A stretch of 64,000 nucleotides of DNA from an uncultured Puniceicoccaceae bacterium (GTDB lineage: Bacteria > Verrucomicrobiota > Verrucomicrobiia > Opitutales > Oceanipulchritudinaceae), in contig CAWVVV010000004.1 in the NCBI GenBank assembly GCA_963933835.1, forward strand, positions 96,001-160,000, given 5' to 3'. The notes beneath the pieces were generated by a model. The model made no database searches. It had not been told where the DNA came from and saw nothing but the letters and a program-made list of their open reading frames with translations. The position numbers and the translations under genes were made by a program. Positions 58,756 through 64,000 of this stretch are shown piece by piece. Within the stretch, counting starts at the first letter, position 1, and each line of letters begins with the position of its first letter.

Positions 58756-59704
58756 TTAAGCCCTTCATGCGGAAGAGGCTTGTCACGCTCTGGTGATTGT
58801 TCACGCGCAAGATTGCTTCACCAAGCAGGGATGCGACACTCAATACCGTGATGTTTGGCAGACCGCGGGTATCAATCGGAGTTGAGTTGGTTGTAATGAG
58901 TTCATCGAGGAACCCTTCTTTCAGGCGTTCGTAGCCAAATTCATTCAAAACGCCATGACTCACAGCGGCGCGGACCTTTACGGCTCCCTCCTGTCGGGCA
59001 ATCTCAGCTGCAGCCTTGAGCGTCCCTGCAGATTCAGTAAGATCATCGACGAGTAAAACTGACCGCCCTTTGACATCACCAACAATGCTGGTCGCTTCAA
59101 CATTCGTTGCATCCATTCGGCGTTTAGCAACAAAACCGAAATCCACTCCGAGCATGTTTGCATAAGCCGAGGCCATCTTGATCCCTCCAACATCTGGCGA
59201 TATGACGATGATGTTCTCGTCCTTGAACGAGTGGAGATAGTCGTAAAAGACTGAAGACGCGTAGAGATGGTCCACTGGGATATCGAAAAACCCTTGGATC
59301 TGTGGTGCGTGGAGATCCATCGTCAGAACCCGGTTGGCTCCTGAGGTGACGAGCAGATTAGCCACCAGCTTTGCGGTGATTGGAACGCGAGGCTGATCCT
59401 TCCGATCTTGACGAGCGTATCCATAGAACGGCAACACCGCTGTGATTCGCTGCGCGGAGGCTCGGCGGGCGGCATCCATCATAATGAGCAACTCCATCAA
59501 GTTGTCGTTAGCCGGCGGACTTGTCGGCTGAACAATGAAGACGTCTTTTCCTCGGACGTTTTCGTCAATTTTTACAAAGACCTCTTGGTCAGGAAAGCGC
59601 TTCATTGTGACATGAGCGGGGGTAGCGCCTATAAAGTCGCATATTTCATCCGCGAGCGGCTGGTTAGCGCTCCCTTTGAGGATTTTCATCTCGCCGATTT
59701 GCAT
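58748..59704 (-). CDS. prs: Ribose-phosphate pyrophosphokinase
   Basis: PFYGYARQDRK, DLHAPQIQGFF, SPDVGG, VDDLTESAGT. Confidence 0.96.
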   Translation of the reverse strand: MQIGEMKILKGSANQPLADEICDFIGATPAHVTMKRFPDQEVFVKIDENVRGKDVFIVQPTSPPANDNLMELLIMMDAARRASAQRITAVLPFYGYARQDRKDQPRVPITAKLVANLLVTSGANRVLTMDLHAPQIQGFFDIPVDHLYASSVFYDYLHSFKDENIIVISPDVGGIKMASAYANMLGVDFGFVAKRRMDATNVEATSIVGDVKGRSVLLVDDLTESAGTLKAAAEIARQEGAVKVRAAVSHGVLNEFGYERLKEGFLDELITTNSTPIDTRGLPNITVLSVASLLGEAILRVNNHQSVTSLFRMKGLKI

Positions 59705-59778
59705 AAGTAGTGTGTGGGAATGGGTGTCTCAGATAGTGAGACATACTGGCAAACTAAAAGGGTCTAAGAGTAAAGTAT

Positions 59779-60810
59779 TTATGAAACAGACTTTTCAATC
59801 GCCTTCAGTCTGGTGAAAAGTTCGGGAAGCCGGCGCTGATAACTCTCGATACGACGTTGCGCTTGAAACGCTATTGCAGGCGAGCCTGCATAAGCCTTCC
59901 CGCCTTCGAGCGACTTGGCAACGCCTGCCTGTCCTCCTACGATTGATTGATCACCAATCTCAAGGTGTCCCGCAGTGCCGACCTGACCGGCGAGGACAAC
60001 AAAGTCCCCTAGCTTGGTCGTTCCGGCTAAGCCAACGAAGGCACATAGAATGCAGTGCTGGCCAATCTCGCAATTGTGCCCGATCTGGACTAAGTTATCG
60101 ATCTTCGTCCCGTGCCCTACCTTGGTTGCAGAGAAGCGAGCTCGATCGATACTAGAGTTCGCGCCGATTTCGACGTCATTTCCAATCTCTACCGTTCCAA
60201 TCTGAGGAGATTTCATGTGCCCAGAAGGGCCGCTTTCATAGCCGAAACCATCGGAACCTAGCACGACTCCAGAATGAAGAATACAGCGATCACCGATCGA
60301 ACAATAACTCTGTATTGAGATATGGGGATAGAGCCAACAATCAGCTCCCACAACGACGTCACGTCCGAGATAACAATGACTTTGCACGACGGCACCCTCT
60401 CCTACCACAGCGCCGCCTTCAATCACGACCAATGGGCCAATACTGGCAGACTCCGCAATCTTGGCCGTAGGATCAATGAATGCAGAGGGATGGACTCCTG
60501 CTGGTGGCATTACTTTCTGGCCTTGTTCTACGAGACCACAGATATGAGCCAGGGCGACCGAAGGATGCTCTACGCGGATCAACCACTGGTCGCTCTGCGG
60601 GACGACATCCAAACTTTTAGGAATAATGACCGCAGAAGCAGCCGTTTCGCTGAGTTGCTTAGCAAATTTCGGTTTGCTGATGAAGGTTAAATCTCCAGCC
60701 AAAGCGGTGTCTACACTAGCGATTCCTGAGAGAGATTTGGGGCCGGAGCCCTGAAATTCGGCATCAGGTAAGACGGATCGTATCGCTTCAATCGAGAGCT
60801 CGATTTCCAT
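59779..60810 (-). CDS. lpxD: UDP-3-O-acyl-glucosamine N-acyltransferase
   Basis: Hexapeptide repeats, GSDGFGY, EIGANSSIDR, KIDNLVQIGHN. Confidence 0.95.
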   Translation of the reverse strand: MEIELSIEAIRSVLPDAEFQGSGPKSLSGIASVDTALAGDLTFISKPKFAKQLSETAASAVIIPKSLDVVPQSDQWLIRVEHPSVALAHICGLVEQGQKVMPPAGVHPSAFIDPTAKIAESASIGPLVVIEGGAVVGEGAVVQSHCYLGRDVVVGADCWLYPHISIQSYCSIGDRCILHSGVVLGSDGFGYESGPSGHMKSPQIGTVEIGNDVEIGANSSIDRARFSATKVGHGTKIDNLVQIGHNCEIGQHCILCAFVGLAGTTKLGDFVVLAGQVGTAGHLEIGDQSIVGGQAGVAKSLEGGKAYAGSPAIAFQAQRRIESYQRRLPELFTRLKAIEKSVS

Positions 60811-60850
60811 AGAAAAATTGTCGCTAGGAGCGCAGAATGATCAACAGCCA

Positions 60851-60894
60851 AAAACAAAAAAAGCCTTCCCCGCGAATTGCAGAGAAGGCTTTTG
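60851..60894 (-). terminator. Intrinsic terminator after skp
   Basis: AAAAGCCTTC...GAAGGCTTTT with an A run on the left. Confidence 0.75.
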
Positions 60895-60916
60895 TAAATT
60901 CAGGTGCAGGAAAAAA

Positions 60917-61489
60917 CTAGTTCGAAGGCTGATCTTTATTCAGCTCGTTGATGACCTTGTTCGTGATATCGATTGAAGGATCACTGTAAAGAACAGGAGG
61001 AAGGCCATTTGAAAGGACGTCAGAAGTATCCAAGACGAGTTGGCTGCCATCACGCAGAGCAACCGCAATGACGACGCGCTTGATATCTTCGATCAGGTTC
61101 TGGTTCCGGCTAGTGCTAGAAGCTTCAGCTTCTTGTTCGCTTTGCTGAGCCCACTCTTGAAATACTGCTTCCTTAGCACGAAAGGCTTGAATCTCAGGTC
61201 CGAGTTCAGACATTTGCTCTTGTTTCGCGGTGTCCGAGAGTCCCGGGTTATCGCGGATTTCAGAAACTTTCGCCTGAAGCGGCTCTGATTCTGCTTTAAG
61301 AGCATCTTGTCGGCTCTTTGCTTCGGTCTGGAGCGATTCAATCGTGCTTCGAATCTTATGGTTCACATCTGCTGTGAGATAGTAGTTCTCGTGGCACTTT
61401 GCGATGCTGACTGTTGCGATTTTGACCTGCGCGTTGAGCGAAAGGGCAAGCATGCTTAAAGCGAGGAATGCGATGATCGTCTTTTTCAT
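60917..61489 (-). CDS. skp: Periplasmic chaperone Skp/OmpH
   Basis: Signal peptide, KIATV, coiled coil, VLYSDPSIDITNKVI; bamA-skp-lpxD synteny. Confidence 0.88.
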   Translation of the reverse strand: MKKTIIAFLALSMLALSLNAQVKIATVSIAKCHENYYLTADVNHKIRSTIESLQTEAKSRQDALKAESEPLQAKVSEIRDNPGLSDTAKQEQMSELGPEIQAFRAKEAVFQEWAQQSEQEAEASSTSRNQNLIEDIKRVVIAVALRDGSQLVLDTSDVLSNGLPPVLYSDPSIDITNKVINELNKDQPSN

Positions 61490-61586
61490 AAAATTGATTC
61501 TATTATTTAAGGGTAGTCGTAGAAATGGAGGTTAGTTTGCGACAAAGCGTTCAAAAAAGGGCTGAAATCTATAGCTGGTCAACGCT

Positions 61587-64000
61587 TTAAAAGCGGGTTC
61601 CGAAGGAGAAGTTGAACTGTGCGCCTTCGTTATTATCGATCACATTACCAGCCTCATCGGTATATCCAGAGGTCAAAGGAATGCCGTAGTCTAGGCGCAA
61701 AGGATTTCCGAGGACGAGGAGGCGGATGCCTACCCCCCAGTTGTCATTGAATGAATGCGGGCTAAAATTGAAGTCCTCTTCATTCAGGAAGCCCCAGTCG
61801 TAGAAAATCGCGAGCCGAAGCGTCTCGCCTAGCTTGACCGTATACTCCGCGCTAGCAAAGCCGTAGGTATTGCCACCAACCGGTTCACCCAAGACGACTG
61901 GGCCAACCTCGCGAAACTCGAATCCACGCAGACTGTCTGGTCCACCAAGGAAGAATCTATCGTAGAAAGGAACCTGGCCCTCAAAGCCGAAGGCAACATC
62001 ACCGACAAGCGGTGTGCTTGATTCAGCATACGACCAAAACGTCCCGGCACGCGCAATGATTTGCAGGACTTGATCACCCTGGCGAAATGTAGGAATGAAG
62101 ACGGCGTTCCTGGATTCGAACTTAAGGTATTCGGTGTCTCCTACAAGGCCTGCCCACGTTGCACCCAGTGAGAAGCGACTACCACGCGAGGTGAAAATCA
62201 GATCGTTCCGAGTGTCACGTGTCAGCGTCAAAGCAAGCTTGGAAGTCAGGCGTGGATTCGAATCAAGAACCAAGCCAGCGATCACCGGCGGGATCAGCGG
62301 ATTGATGCCGATCTCACCTGTTGAATCGGCACGTAAGAAGCTGTTATTAAAGTCGAGTTCCGTCGATTCGAGGGTGTAAGAGAGCTGTCCAGAAATCAGA
62401 CCGATAAGCCTTTTTCGGAGGAATAGGTTAATCCCTGTTCTTAGCTCGTCGTAGATCGAACTATTAAAATCGGATTCTCGGCGATAGAGCTCAAAGCCAC
62501 CAGCAATACGGCGCTCAAAGAGCCATGGCTCTTCAAAGTAGAGTGTGACTTCGTTCGAGCGGGAACCGACCGAACCACGAAGGCGAAACTTTTGGCCATC
62601 ACCTTGAAGGAGCGGCGAGCGCCACTTCTTGAAATCAAAATTAGACTGCGAAACTTCGAAGAAAACGACGATGTTTTCGAGCGAACTAAAGCCTGCCCCG
62701 AACTGCAGATTACCTGTTCTACCCTCTTTCAGTCGGATCTTGAGATTACGCTTACCGGGGACGTTTGAGGGCTCATCACTGAGCGAAACATCTTCGAAAT
62801 AGCGGGTGTTTTTAAGACGCCCTTCCGAATTCTTCATGTAAACGAGGTTGAAGTTTCGGCCAGGAGACAGCGCTAGCTCACGGATGACGACCGTGCTCTT
62901 TGTTTCCGTATTACCCTCAATGATGATCGATTCGACATCGAAACGTACACCCTCTCGGATACGGAAATTCAAATCGATATTACCGGTTTCTATGTTCGCT
63001 GTCCGTTCCGGTCGAACAGACGCATCAAGGTAGCCGAGGGAGCCATACAAATCCTGAAGACGCTCAACGTCCTCACCGAGTAATTTGGGTGAGAAGGTCT
63101 CTCCAGGAAGAAGACTTAAAAACGGATAAAGTTCTAGCGTGTTGAAAATCTCATTACCTTCAAATCCAACTCGTCCCACTTGGTACTGGCGCCCTTCGTC
63201 GACCTGCACAGTGAGTTTGATCTTTCCCTTCTTTGGATATTCCAGTCGGACGTTCGACTCAGGGATGCTGATATCAAGATATCCCTCTTCGAGGTAAAAA
63301 CCGCGAAGGTTCTCAAGGTCCTCTTGGAACTGAGTTTCGTCGAAGCGCCCTCCGCCTACGAGCCATGACATAAACCAGCGCTTCTTGGTCTTCATCCGAC
63401 CTCTCAGCTTGCGATTTTTGATCTCGTTGTTCCCGATGAATTCAACCTTGGAGATTTTAAAACGGGAACCTTCTTCAATGACGAAAGTGACGACTCCGCG
63501 CCCTGACTCAGAATTGCGATCGATCTCAAAGTCTACCTTTGCCTGTGTGTATCCGCGTTCTTGATACAGCTCCAGCATCATGTTCGCGTCCCTCGTCAGT
63601 AGGCGTTCGTCAAGCCCTCCGCCGACCTTACTGTTCATGTCGCGAAGCAGTCTTAATCGACTAATCTTTTTAGAGCCAATGAGGACAATGTCTTCAACCC
63701 GATACTTAGCTAAAACCGAGAAGACGATGTTTACACGATTGTTGGGTAAATCGACGCTGCGAGCCTCGATAAAATCAAATACCCCCATATTGTAGAGGGT
63801 CCGGATTGAGCGGTCGATGAGCTGCTGATTAAAAACCATTCCGGGGCGTATCTGAATACGCGACAAGATGGCCTCGCGGCTTACCGTTTTGAGGTCAAAA
63901 AACTCAATCTCGATGCCTTCGACGACTGAGTCAACGGGCGTGGATGTCTGAGCAGCGCCCGATAGAGGGAGCAGACAAAGAACGAAGAAAAAGAAGCGTG
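61587..64000 (-). CDS. bamA: Outer-membrane protein assembly factor BamA (start lies beyond window end)
   Basis: POTRA repeats, FFLGGPDSLRGF, C-terminal FSFGTRF; frame stays open to base 64000 through a signal-peptide-like stretch. Confidence 0.95.
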   Translation of the reverse strand, partial: RFFFFVLCLLPLSGAAQTSTPVDSVVEGIEIEFFDLKTVSREAILSRIQIRPGMVFNQQLIDRSIRTLYNMGVFDFIEARSVDLPNNRVNIVFSVLAKYRVEDIVLIGSKKISRLRLLRDMNSKVGGGLDERLLTRDANMMLELYQERGYTQAKVDFEIDRNSESGRGVVTFVIEEGSRFKISKVEFIGNNEIKNRKLRGRMKTKKRWFMSWLVGGGRFDETQFQEDLENLRGFYLEEGYLDISIPESNVRLEYPKKGKIKLTVQVDEGRQYQVGRVGFEGNEIFNTLELYPFLSLLPGETFSPKLLGEDVERLQDLYGSLGYLDASVRPERTANIETGNIDLNFRIREGVRFDVESIIIEGNTETKSTVVIRELALSPGRNFNLVYMKNSEGRLKNTRYFEDVSLSDEPSNVPGKRNLKIRLKEGRTGNLQFGAGFSSLENIVVFFEVSQSNFDFKKWRSPLLQGDGQKFRLRGSVGSRSNEVTLYFEEPWLFERRIAGGFELYRRESDFNSSIYDELRTGINLFLRKRLIGLISGQLSYTLESTELDFNNSFLRADSTGEIGINPLIPPVIAGLVLDSNPRLTSKLALTLTRDTRNDLIFTSRGSRFSLGATWAGLVGDTEYLKFESRNAVFIPTFRQGDQVLQIIARAGTFWSYAESSTPLVGDVAFGFEGQVPFYDRFFLGGPDSLRGFEFREVGPVVLGEPVGGNTYGFASAEYTVKLGETLRLAIFYDWGFLNEEDFNFSPHSFNDNWGVGIRLLVLGNPLRLDYGIPLTSGYTDEAGNVIDNNEGAQFNFSFGTRF

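Noticed and set aside
1..64000. CRISPR array, rRNA, prophage, IS transposase or defence system
   Set aside because: No regularly spaced repeats, rRNA-like tracts or relevant protein motifs were seen by eye.

Overview
Bacterial chromosomal segment, most likely Verrucomicrobiota (Opitutales-like). The taxonomy is inferred from protein styles and gene neighbourhoods, not from a database search. It is mostly housekeeping genes: the 3' end of obg, speA, a ~1150-aa PPi-type PEP carboxykinase, gltX-glnS, Zn-free rpmJ/rpmE, gap-pgk-tpiA, ybaB-recR, lptCAB-hprK, dnaA, cimA, surE, ndk, hisA, hemH-ccsA-hemA, a pabA-pabB-pabC-folP-folB-folK operon, tRNA-Ser(TGA), malQ, prs, lpxD-skp-bamA. Five less ordinary signals stand out. 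(1) An unannotated, probably leaderless Ile-rich 17-aa uORF followed by hairpins lies directly upstream of citramalate synthase, a candidate isoleucine-sensing attenuator. (2) A dif-like Xer site at 58291-58318 has GGGNAGGG (KOPS-like) motifs polarised toward it on both sides of a dnaN-less dnaA, suggesting this dnaA sits near the terminus rather than at oriC. (3) About ten accessory genes are broken by deletions (some at visible microhomology), frameshifts and Trp-to-stop changes while core genes are intact, consistent with ongoing genome erosion; assembly or amplification chimeras are not excluded. (4) A -35-like TTG(A/C)NN hexamer recurs 34-37 nt upstream of many start codons, suggesting widespread leaderless transcription. 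(5) A REP-like inverted pair lies downstream of hisA. No CRISPR array, rRNA, transposase or prophage was seen.
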